Shown here in pieces: positions 11,368 through 19,781 of a stretch of 64,000 bases of DNA. Within the stretch, counting starts at the first letter, position 1; each line of letters starts with the position of its first letter. Both the position numbers and the translations under genes were made by a program. The notes under the pieces are model-generated. The model had not been told where the DNA came from. It did not search any database and worked only from the letters and a program-made list of their open reading frames with translations. Source of the DNA: a candidate division WS6 bacterium OLB20 (GTDB lineage: Bacteria; Patescibacteriota; Dojkabacteria; B142; OLB20); contig JYNZ01000003.1 of the NCBI GenBank assembly GCA_001567355.1, positions 70,655 through 134,654 on the forward strand, read 5' to 3'.

Positions 11368-12174
11368 CTATTTGAGAAGTTGCTCGAGCTGATCAAGTAC
11401 CTCAGGACGTGCGACAAAATGATAGTGAACAGATGAGTTATCTGAAAACTGGTGATGTCTGATCTCTGCTCCTGCCTCCTTTGCGATCAGCAGCCCACCC
11501 GCTATATCAACGAGCTTTTTTTCTTCACGGACGGGATCAACAAATGCTCCAAAGAACCCTTGTGCTAACCATGCGAGCGAAAGTGCTCCACTGCCGAGCA
11601 TCCGAGCCCGATAGAAATTGCGTTCAAGTATATCAATCATTCTGTGCACCTCATCTGTAAAATCACTTTCTCCAACAGATGTGGCCGATACGTCAATTGA
11701 GACCTGCAGCTTTGTAATATCTGTTTCTTCTTTCAGAAAAACAGGTACACCGTTTAAAGTAGTACCGTTGCCTTCCGAAGCAATGTACAGCTGTTCGGAT
11801 ACAGGATTGTAAACGACACCTATATCAGCGAGTGACTGCCCCTTTTTTATTCGCGACACAGTCGTGGACCATAGTGGAATACCGGCTGCAAAGAACTTTG
11901 TCCCGTCAATTGGATCAATCATCCAGATATCTTCCCCGTCCTTTTGCAATTCGGGGAATTCCTCACCAATGAATCCGTCATCAGGAAAATGTTTCGAGAT
12001 AAAATCATAGAAGTTTTTCTCGATCTCTCTGTCAAAATTTGTAGATACGTCAGCCCCCCCATCTTTAAGATCAGTGATTGTCATCGACGTCCAGTTTTTG
12101 TTAACCCTGTCACCTTCTTTAACCAGAAAATCAGCTGCCAGTTTCGCAATCTCTTTCTTATTCTGTGACATCAT
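11368..12174 (-). CDS. inositol monophosphatase / FBPase-like family phosphatase (SuhB-like)
   Basis: Family signature 'WMIDPIDGTKFFAAG' plus the metal-binding 'EE...D' region. 268 aa. Confidence 0.8.
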   Translation of the reverse strand: MMSQNKKEIAKLAADFLVKEGDRVNKNWTSMTITDLKDGGADVSTNFDREIEKNFYDFISKHFPDDGFIGEEFPELQKDGEDIWMIDPIDGTKFFAAGIPLWSTTVSRIKKGQSLADIGVVYNPVSEQLYIASEGNGTTLNGVPVFLKEETDITKLQVSIDVSATSVGESDFTDEVHRMIDILERNFYRARMLGSGALSLAWLAQGFFGAFVDPVREEKKLVDIAGGLLIAKEAGAEIRHHQFSDNSSVHYHFVARPEVLDQLEQLLK

Positions 12175-13432
12175 CGCTTATTACTGAATTAGGCAAAGTA
12201 AAGACTCCAGGCCACAGCTTTCTCCCGGGATAGATAACCGTTCCTGCTCCAAGTCGGACACCATCGCCAATTACTGCTGAAAACTTTCTTCTTCCTGTAG
12301 AGACCAATTGACCTTTAATTAGGGTTTTCACTGGTTCATTATCATGACGGAGATTTGTAACAACACTGCCGACACCAAAATTCACATCATTGCCAGCGAT
12401 ACCGTCGCCGAAGTAATTAAAATGAGGAAGCTTGGTTTCTGAGAATATCACCGCATTCTTGACCTCACTTGCTCCAACCTTTGCGCCTCTGCCGAGAGTT
12501 GAAGTGCCTCGAATATATGCAAACGGACCGACTATGACATCCTCATCAAGTATCGAAACACCCTCAAAATAACTTGGGGCTTTAACATGCGTTCCCTTTT
12601 TAACATAGATAACGTCTTTAATTACTGTACCGTTCTCAATTTTGATACCCTGTGTTTCCAGAGTTGAAAGATCAGTCTGCTGATCAACACGAGTGTAACC
12701 ATGTTCAAGGAGAAAGGTGTCGATACCAGAAGTATTCGCAACCAACTTTTCGTTTACCTCAAGCAGGTGCCACGGATATCCGATAGGATACCAGTCACCG
12801 TTGCTCTCAATTACACTGAAATCGTTTGACTTCGCAAACAGTGAAACAGAATCAGTGATCTCGTATTCTCCTCTCGGAGATTCCGGAACACTGTCGTAGA
12901 TGTCAAAAATAGAAGAGTTAAAATGATACAGACCGATATTTGCTAGACTGCCAGGTTCGGCATCCGAGGGCTTTTCAATAAGCCCGGTGAATTTTCCAGC
13001 TCCGTCTCTGGTGATAATTCCCCATTTCTCTGGGTCATTAACAGGCGTGCCCACAAGTCCGGGACCAGCTGCAATAACAGACTCTATGTCTTTCCTGGAG
13101 TAGAGATCATCTCCGTTCATTACAAGAAAAGAATCATCATCTGCAAGCGCCTCCTGAGCTATTTGCATGGCATGTGCTGTACCTTTCTGTTCTGATTGGA
13201 CTGCAAATTTGATTGGAACTGTAAATTCATGACTGTGCACATATGTCCTGATTTGATTTCCTGAATCTTTATCATTAATCACAATAACAATCTCATCTAC
13301 CAGACCTTTTAGATTGTGCACAAACCATGAGAGAAGAGGAACAGAGAGAACAGGTAGGAGCAGTTTTGGTGTGGTAACAGTGAGGGGATACATCCTTGTT
13401 CCGCTACCTGCTGCAATGATAACTGCTTTCAT
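12158..13432 (-). CDS. bifunctional sugar-1-phosphate nucleotidyltransferase with a C-terminal left-handed beta-helix (hexapeptide) acyltransferase domain (GlmU-like)
   Basis: The N-terminus 'MKAVIIAAGSGTRMYPLT' is the nucleotidyltransferase G-rich loop. The C-terminal third has imperfect hexapeptide repeats ([LIV]G....). At 424 aa the length is typical of archaeal-type GlmU homologues. Confidence 0.75.
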   Translation of the reverse strand: MKAVIIAAGSGTRMYPLTVTTPKLLLPVLSVPLLSWFVHNLKGLVDEIVIVINDKDSGNQIRTYVHSHEFTVPIKFAVQSEQKGTAHAMQIAQEALADDDSFLVMNGDDLYSRKDIESVIAAGPGLVGTPVNDPEKWGIITRDGAGKFTGLIEKPSDAEPGSLANIGLYHFNSSIFDIYDSVPESPRGEYEITDSVSLFAKSNDFSVIESNGDWYPIGYPWHLLEVNEKLVANTSGIDTFLLEHGYTRVDQQTDLSTLETQGIKIENGTVIKDVIYVKKGTHVKAPSYFEGVSILDEDVIVGPFAYIRGTSTLGRGAKVGASEVKNAVIFSETKLPHFNYFGDGIAGNDVNFGVGSVVTNLRHDNEPVKTLIKGQLVSTGRRKFSAVIGDGVRLGAGTVIYPGRKLWPGVFTLPNSVISDDVTE

Positions 13433-13435
13433 GGA

Positions 13436-14419
13436 CTATTGAGTAAAAATCGAATACAGCACCGACGCAAGCTCATCACCATCATGTCTCACCAGGCTGC
13501 GGACGAGCGTGTCGCCGGCTTCCTCCTGGATCACATCATTTGAGACGATGTCACTGCGGATAGCAGTTGCATCACCGTCCGTAATATCATCCTCAATCAT
13601 ATACTCGCCCTTTTTCGCATACCTGGCAAGTGTAGCCTCGGGAATATCGCCGTTGTTCAGTAGAATAATATCAGGTGTTCTGCCGCTGTATCTGCTGATC
13701 TCAGCGAGCAGGTCTGATGCTTTCATCCAGTGGGTCTGCCCCTTCTTGGTCATCAGATTGCTGATAAAGATATACTTCCCCTTTGACTCCTGCAGTGCCT
13801 GAGGAATCCGGTCTACAATAATATTCGCGAGAGTGGAGGTGTAAAGGTCGCCAGGCCCTGCGATAACAAAGTCCGCCTCAAGGATTGCTTTTACTGCAGC
13901 ATCAGTTGCCTGTGCCGGCTCGCTCAGCTTGAGAAGCGTAATCCGTGCGTCAGGGTTTTCTACCGGTTCATCAATCAGATGTTCACCGGTAACGGTCCGG
14001 CCGTCATCGTATTCTGCCACAAGGCGCACATCATCAAGTGTTACCGGCAGAACACTTCCTTTGCAGTTGAACAGTTTGCTGGCAGCCTCGATGGCCCCGA
14101 CTTCTGACCCGGTGATATCCGAGAGTGCCATCAGCATCAGATTGCCCAGCGTGTGGCTGGACAGGCCTTCGCCTTTATCAAACCGGTAGGTGAACATTTC
14201 GCGCAGGATGCCGTTTCCGTTATCAGAGAGAGCTACAATGGATTTACGCAGGTCACTGAGGGGCAGCAGACCGAATTCATCCCTGACGATACGATTGCTG
14301 CCGCCATCATCCGTCATCCCCACAATCACACTGATATTCAGGTCATCATGCTGCTTAAGGCCGCTTAATACAGCCACTGTGCCCGTACCTCCTCCTATCA
14401 CGACAATATTCTTACTCAT
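13436..14419 (-). CDS. YvcK/GlmR (CofD-like, UPF0052) family protein
   Basis: The N-terminus 'IVVIGGGTGTVAVLSGLK' and 'GMTDDGGSNR...LLPLSDLR' are hallmark motifs of the YvcK/CofD family. Confidence 0.8.
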   Translation of the reverse strand: MSKNIVVIGGGTGTVAVLSGLKQHDDLNISVIVGMTDDGGSNRIVRDEFGLLPLSDLRKSIVALSDNGNGILREMFTYRFDKGEGLSSHTLGNLMLMALSDITGSEVGAIEAASKLFNCKGSVLPVTLDDVRLVAEYDDGRTVTGEHLIDEPVENPDARITLLKLSEPAQATDAAVKAILEADFVIAGPGDLYTSTLANIIVDRIPQALQESKGKYIFISNLMTKKGQTHWMKASDLLAEISRYSGRTPDIILLNNGDIPEATLARYAKKGEYMIEDDITDGDATAIRSDIVSNDVIQEEAGDTLVRSLVRHDGDELASVLYSIFTQ

Positions 14420-14471
14420 CAGTCTGGTTAGCTAGATAATATCTGCCCAGTATAGTATCACAACGCTTCAG

Positions 14472-16248
14472 TTACTTCACTGTCACGCTCTTGGCCAGGT
14501 TTCGCGGCTTGTCCGGCGGCAGCCCCAGCCCGATGGCAAGCTCGTACGCCGTAAGCTGCATAGGTAACACTGAGGCGAGAGCAGAAAAGCGACCGTTTCC
14601 GGCAACCGGCACAAACATGTCAAACAGCTCGTTTCTGTCTTCGGCAACACCGATCACATACGCACCGCGTGCTTTAACCTCTGCAGCGGCACTTAAAATA
14701 TCCTGCCTGTGCTCGTCATCAGCTGCAAACACGATCACGGGTGTGCCTTTTTCGATCAGTGCAATCACGCCATGCTTCAGTTCACCGGCTGCAAATCCTT
14801 CAGCATGAACATATGTCGTCTCTTTGAGTTTAAGCGCAGCTTCGAGGGCAATATAATAGTGCTGCCCCCGTCCCAGGAGAAAAACATGTTCAGAATCCTT
14901 AAGATGTTCAGCTAGTCCCCGTGCAGCAGTATGAGCCTCTTCAGAGCCGAGGTACTGCTTCAGGGATCCTGCAAAACTGTCCGCCTCATGCAGCAGAGAA
15001 TCATATGAACCTGCGATCTCAGAAGCCAGCAGCATTCCCCATGCACATTGAGCTGTAAATGCCTTTGTGGATACGACACAAATCTCAGGACCTGACCTGG
15101 TAAAAAAACGACCACTGCGACATACGCGGGATAGTACTGCCCCGCATATTAACTATACTTGCAATCCTTACACCGGCCTGTGCGGCAAACTCAAGCGCTT
15201 CGATTGTATCTGCAGTCTCACCACTCTGACTTACCCCGATTATGATGTCATCGGCACTGAATCCTTCTGTAAAACTGTCAATTTCATATGCTTTAAGCTC
15301 AAACGCCCGCAGACCGGCAATAGTCCGCAGATAGTATGCTATCTGCCCAGCAGCGTATCCGGCAGTACCGGCACCGACAGTGTAAATGGTCCGTGCCTGT
15401 CTGCAGGCCTCTGCAAACGGTTGCAGTTCATGCTGCGAATAGCGCATGGCCTCACGGATTGTATGCTGCTGCTCGTGGATCTCTTTGAGCATGAAATGCG
15501 GATATCCCTCTTTATCAATAGTACTGTCCTCGTGGTTGATCGTCTCAAAGGATCTGCTGATCGGATTTCCGCTGCGTGCGTCAAGCACCTTGATTTCGGA
15601 TCCCGCAAGCACAATCATTTCATTGTTTTCGAGCAGCAGGACCTCGTCCGTCTGATCTGCAAACGAGAGCGTATCAGACGCGATAAAAATACCGTCAGCT
15701 GCCCGTCCTGCAACGAGGGGAGATCCGTTGCGTACCGCTATCAGGTCACATTCATCGCCTGCAAGCGGGAGAACTATTACCGTATTGCGTCCGTCAAGTT
15801 TTACAAATGCTCTGCGGACTGCCTCTGCAAGTGAGTCCGCATGCTTGCGTTCTTCTTCAATCAGACGCACGATCACCTCTGTATCTGTTTCAGAGATGAA
15901 ACTGTACCCCCCTGCCAGAAGCTGTTCTTTAAGCTCCTGGTAATTTTCGACAATTCCGTTCTGGGCAAGCGCAAACGATCCATCCGTAGCCATGTGGGGA
16001 TGAGCATTGACATCGGTAACACCACCGTGAGTTGCCCATCGTGTATGACCGATACCGACTGTCGGCGTGCTGCCTTCCAGTCCTGATTCTGCCGCTAATG
16101 CTCCAGTATGCTTTGTCAGCAGAATGTCTTCCTGACTTCGAAGAGCAATTCCCCAGGAGTCATACCCCCTGTATTCAAGACGTTTAAGCCCGGTATGGAT
16201 AAGATCTGCAGCCGGCCTGCTGCCGGCGTAGCCGAAGATACCGCACAT
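14472..16248 (-). pseudogene. glmS: glutamine--fructose-6-phosphate aminotransferase, frame-disrupted at a T7 tract (fragments 15085-16248 and 14472-15035)
   Basis: The N-terminal fragment starts 'MCGIFGY' (Ntn glutaminase Cys1). The C-terminal fragment carries SIS domains and ends '...DKPRNLAKSVTVK'. The C-terminal frame stays open upstream and reads '...RFFTRSGPEICVVSTKAFTAQ', canonical GlmS. The two frames meet at the coding-strand T7 run (plus-strand A7, 15102-15108). Confidence 0.85.
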
Positions 16249-16608
16249 ATGTGTACGTTTAACATATTAATGCGGGAGATATTTCGGCTCTGATGTGTTT
16301 TGACCGTGGTGTTGTCACATCAGTTACGGACCCCGAAAACCTTGATAGGTAAACGGCCCGGAAGGTACCCGCTGATTCCTGTTTCGATACAGGACCTGAC
16401 TGCTCAGGATTCGATATTCTTCCCGGGCGTGCCCGGGACTACTTCCTTCTCCTCGTATCCCGGTTTGTACCGGGACCATACGCTGTACTAACTGCTCTCC
16501 CGAAGTTAAAAACGATCCGCTACAGCGGCTGTCACAAAAAATCATCTGACTTGCATATCCAGCCTCTGCGATACTGACACAACGCAATCGGACTGGTATA
16601 CTTACGCT
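16249..16608 (-). promoter_or_regulatory. long structured 5' leader and promoter region upstream of glmS; candidate cis-regulatory RNA (glmS-ribozyme-like elements, not confirmed)
   Basis: About 360 nt without an ORF lie between glmS and the divergent hydrolase gene. On the glmS strand there are stable hairpins (CCCGG-UACAAA-CCGGG, CCCGGGC-ACG-CCCGGG) and short matches to glmS ribozyme core words (ACGAGGAG, UAUCGAAU). Confidence 0.3.
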
Positions 16609-17634
16609 ATGAAGTCACACTATCAGTCAGCATCCGGGTTTATTATCGACTCAACCAGGGAACTGTTCGCGAAAAAGGGGATTAAGGTCTCAAAACTGTC
16701 ACAGCGTATAGGTGACGCACTGCGTGACTATCATCAGCCCGATCAGTACATCTGCTCAACTGCCGAGGCAGACATCAGCATACCATATGTGGGCATTGCA
16801 GGAGGAAGCACGCTGTACGTGCTGGTAGGGGGTGGAATCTGCTCCGAACGGAGCCTGGCTTCAATCGGCGTACCACTTGCCGCCCTTGGGCATAGCGTTT
16901 TGTCGTTTGCCAATATCTTTAACGCCGGTTGTATGATCTCGGATGTACCTGCAGTACGCCAGGCCGTGTACAGATCAGACCGTGCAGCAGGAAGATTTTC
17001 ATACGAGGCGAGGCTGTACGCAAACATGCTCAGTGACCTGATCAGAACGCATTTCCCTGATATACGTTCTCTGATAATTGTCAGTCATTCTGCAGGGGCG
17101 TGCATCGCCGCACAGATAATCAGCGAGCTCAGACAGACAAAACCCGAGACGTACCGGCTGATATCCGATACTTTTTCTGTCACACCGGCAGGAATGTTTA
17201 AGGATAATATCAGCAGGATCCGCAGACTCTGGTATTCACTTAAGATAGCTGTCACGATCTCGCTTGAGACACTAAGCATACACCCGGCGCTGCAGCGCAA
17301 CAATCACAGCTGGCTGCTACTCATTAAAGACAGCGGGAGCTGGACACGCGACATTCGGGATTTTTTACGGATGCCGCTGCGCTGTGTCAACGCAATGCAG
17401 GAGCAGTTGATGTCGGATACATCAATCAGACATACCATTTTTACGACCTCACGTGATCATGTCTTCCCGATTAAGCAGGCGCAGGAACTGATCAAAAAGC
17501 ATCGCAATGCAATCCTCACCATCCTGAACGGTAACCATGTCAATATTCTGCCGCTGGGGGCGGAACTGGCACTGGCCATGCATAAACCGGAAGGGCACAA
17601 AAAAGCTTCTACTTGGCTGAATTCAGCTTTGTAG
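16609..17634 (+). CDS. alpha/beta-hydrolase fold protein (putative esterase or lipase)
   Basis: Nucleophile-elbow-like 'IIVSHSAGACIA', with downstream Asp/His candidates. 341 aa. Confidence 0.55.
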   Translation: MKSHYQSASGFIIDSTRELFAKKGIKVSKLSQRIGDALRDYHQPDQYICSTAEADISIPYVGIAGGSTLYVLVGGGICSERSLASIGVPLAALGHSVLSFANIFNAGCMISDVPAVRQAVYRSDRAAGRFSYEARLYANMLSDLIRTHFPDIRSLIIVSHSAGACIAAQIISELRQTKPETYRLISDTFSVTPAGMFKDNISRIRRLWYSLKIAVTISLETLSIHPALQRNNHSWLLLIKDSGSWTRDIRDFLRMPLRCVNAMQEQLMSDTSIRHTIFTTSRDHVFPIKQAQELIKKHRNAILTILNGNHVNILPLGAELALAMHKPEGHKKASTWLNSAL

Positions 17635-18079
17635 CATCAGAATGCAGTGACCAGATGACTGTCTCACCTTTCTGGTTGTTACAGATTGCATATCCGGTGG
17701 CCTCATCAGAACCCTTTGCAGGATCAAACGGAATCCTCACCAGGTAATCGGGGACAAGAAACGACCCCAGATCCATGTTTCCGCTACCAGTACCGATCTC
17801 TATCTTCTGCCTGTTGCAGACCGGCACTACACCGAAGTCAGCCAAAGCGTTTCCGGGCTCTGTCACGTACTGTGTAATCGCTGTCGAGATCTGCTTTACA
17901 TCAGAGCGCCGGGTCTGGTCCTGATCCTCTGGAGCGTCTGTTACAACCGGCTGGACCTGCGAGGGTGAGGGTGCAGGATCTACCGTCTGATTGTTTTGTG
18001 CCGGAGTGCATGCTGTTAGCACAATTGCACCAAACAAGATAACAGCAGTTGTCGGGAATGGTATTCGTATCTTCATCAC
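17609..18079 (-). CDS. lipoprotein with a type IV pilin-like C-terminal domain (paralogue A)
   Basis: Lipobox 'LTAC'. Shares with its upstream neighbour the pattern 'RRSDV..I..AI..Y....PG.......V.VCN..K..IG......L...LVPDYL..IP.DP......TGY.IC.N.KGE..IW'. Confidence 0.65.
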   Translation of the reverse strand: MMKIRIPFPTTAVILFGAIVLTACTPAQNNQTVDPAPSPSQVQPVVTDAPEDQDQTRRSDVKQISTAITQYVTEPGNALADFGVVPVCNRQKIEIGTGSGNMDLGSFLVPDYLVRIPFDPAKGSDEATGYAICNNQKGETVIWSLHSDATKLNSAK

Positions 18080-18513
18080 TTTACCTTCTCATTGATATCA
18101 CCGGAAGCTGCGTTTTCGGCCCAAATTGAGATCTCGCCCTTATTGTTACGGCAGATGGAGTAACCAGTTGCGCTGCCTGCTGATGCCTCAGGATCCCGAG
18201 GCAGACCGGCAAGATAGTCCGGGACAAGAACACTGAGATCAAAGCTGTCTCCAATCATCAGCTTTTCACTGTTACAGACTGTCAGATCATCAAAGAGAGT
18301 GGAGCCGGGGTTGTCTGCACGATACCTGCTGATTGCATCAGCAAGTGCTGTCACATCCGACCTGCGCTGCTCATCCGGAGTATCGATATCAGAAAGCTGA
18401 GTATCCGCAACAGAGTCGGGCTGATCAGATGGGTCATCCGTGGGTACTCCTGGCGTGCAGGCAGCCAGGACAAAAACTGTAAGCAGCAGTATAGAGTATC
18501 GCTTCATCAACAA
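18076..18513 (-). CDS. lipoprotein with a type IV pilin-like C-terminal domain (paralogue B)
   Basis: Signal peptide plus lipobox 'LAAC'. Paralogous to 17609-18079 with the same conserved Cys pair and the 'VPDYL..LPRDP' motif. Its stop overlaps the start of the neighbouring gene by 4 nt. Confidence 0.65.
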   Translation of the reverse strand: MLMKRYSILLLTVFVLAACTPGVPTDDPSDQPDSVADTQLSDIDTPDEQRRSDVTALADAISRYRADNPGSTLFDDLTVCNSEKLMIGDSFDLSVLVPDYLAGLPRDPEASAGSATGYSICRNNKGEISIWAENAASGDINEKVK

Positions 18514-18649
18514 TTGTTGCTTAAATAATTCCTTCCATGCTAAACGAGTTCAGCAACTCTGGCAACAGACAGTCCTACACAAGCTGACGTATGGTGATGT
18601 TTACCTGGAACCTGTTGCAAAACAGCGACATGATCTTCATAATATACCA

Positions 18650-19528
18650 ATGAATGCAGCAAGCATGCGCGCACAACTAAGGGCTGTAGTATTTGGCATA
18701 TTCGGTATCGCCCTTGCTATCGTCGTTGTGCGTATCCTGCTTGTGCTTGTTGGAGCAAACCGGGACTCGCAGTTTGTAATCTTCTGGTTTGATATGTCCA
18801 ATATGTTTGTGGGAGCGTTTCGTGACATATACCCGCAGCTGCAGGCGCAGCTTCTGACTGTCAGGATTGAACTGTTCTCGATTTTTGCCATGGTATTTTA
18901 CCTGGTGGTTGCACTGCTGACTCAAAAGTCGGTAAGTTCATTTACCGAGGACTCCAGACTGGATGTCGTCAAAAGCATTATCGATTCGCTGTTCAAATTC
19001 CTTGAATTTTTTCTGATTGCGCGTTTTCTCTTAAAGCTGACTGCTGCTTCGATAGAAAGCGACTTTGTTAGGTTTGTGTACGGAATATCTGCTGTCGTCT
19101 ACGAGCCGTTTAAGGACATTCTCCCCGCAGTCAGGATAGCGGACTTCGGAATAATCTTTGAAAGCTCGACACTGATTGCAATCATCGTGATTATCATTTT
19201 TGACCTCGTAACGGAGGGGATCATTGACAGCATCGCGGGAGTACCAAAACGTCCAAAGCAGCAGCCGGCTCCTCAGTATCAGCAGGCAGCGCAGCCAAGC
19301 ATCAATATCAATCTGCCACCACAGCAACCGCAGGTAATCGACCAGCGTCAGGTCCATTTTTCGCAGCCGCAACAGCCGTACCCGGGTTATCAGGCAAACC
19401 ACCTTGAGGGACAGCGACCGCCACAATACCTGCCGCCACAGCAGGGGCAATATCCGCAGGGTCATCAACCCACCTTCGGGCAGAACGCTCCTCGCAACAA
19501 TAATGCGGGCGGGGGTTTTTCAGCATAA
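18650..19528 (+). CDS. YggT-family membrane protein with a long Gln/Pro-rich C-terminal tail
   Basis: Two YggT-like repeats ('IFWFDMSNMFVGAFRDIYP', 'FVYGISAVVYEPFKDILP') and four TM segments. The C-terminal roughly 100 aa are PQQPQ/QYP-rich. Start chosen at ATG 18650, because the longer ORF from 18440 overlaps the lipoprotein gene. Confidence 0.7.
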   Translation: MNAASMRAQLRAVVFGIFGIALAIVVVRILLVLVGANRDSQFVIFWFDMSNMFVGAFRDIYPQLQAQLLTVRIELFSIFAMVFYLVVALLTQKSVSSFTEDSRLDVVKSIIDSLFKFLEFFLIARFLLKLTAASIESDFVRFVYGISAVVYEPFKDILPAVRIADFGIIFESSTLIAIIVIIIFDLVTEGIIDSIAGVPKRPKQQPAPQYQQAAQPSININLPPQQPQVIDQRQVHFSQPQQPYPGYQANHLEGQRPPQYLPPQQGQYPQGHQPTFGQNAPRNNNAGGGFSA

Positions 19529-19560
19529 AAAAAGGACGCCGAAGCGTCCTTTAAAATCTA
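19527..19560. terminator. Rho-independent terminator hairpin, probably bidirectional
   Basis: The sequence is aaaaaaaGGACGCcgaaGCGTCCtttaaaa. It has a GC-rich 6-bp stem, a 4-nt loop, an A-run upstream and a T-run downstream. It lies between the convergent YggT (+) and 68-aa/516-aa (-) genes. Confidence 0.7.
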
Positions 19561-19574
19561 TAATCACCCTGCAG

Positions 19575-19781
19575 TCAGGGCTCTACCTGTTCTATGCGTC
19601 TAGGTCTAGCCTGAAGTTCCTGTAATATTTTTAAACTGGCTGCAAAGTCAGGAGTAGTTGGCTGGTAGACTGGAAACGAAGCACCGTTATTGAGAAATGT
19701 CGCCTCTGCATGGTCAGGCATTGGCTGAACCGGTCCGGTTGACTCTCTCTCGGATCCGTTTGTAGTAGTTAGCTGTTCCAT
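19575..19781 (-). CDS. small hypothetical protein (68 aa), translationally coupled to the upstream 516-aa gene
   Basis: Its start overlaps the stop of the upstream ORF (ATGA). There is no homology signal. Confidence 0.4.
   Translation of the reverse strand: MEQLTTTNGSERESTGPVQPMPDHAEATFLNNGASFPVYQPTTPDFAASLKILQELQARPRRIEQVEP

Noticed and set aside
18440-18649. The extended 5' part of the YggT ORF (ORF track start 18440), and likewise the 26497 start of the ABC exporter, the 25918 start of yaaA, the 58763 start of the Pro-rich protein and the 58543 start of the 723-aa protein.
   Set aside because: These extensions overlap neighbouring genes on the other strand and have non-protein-like composition. 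Internal Met codons (18650, 26758, 25831, 58559, 58675) give the conserved N-termini.
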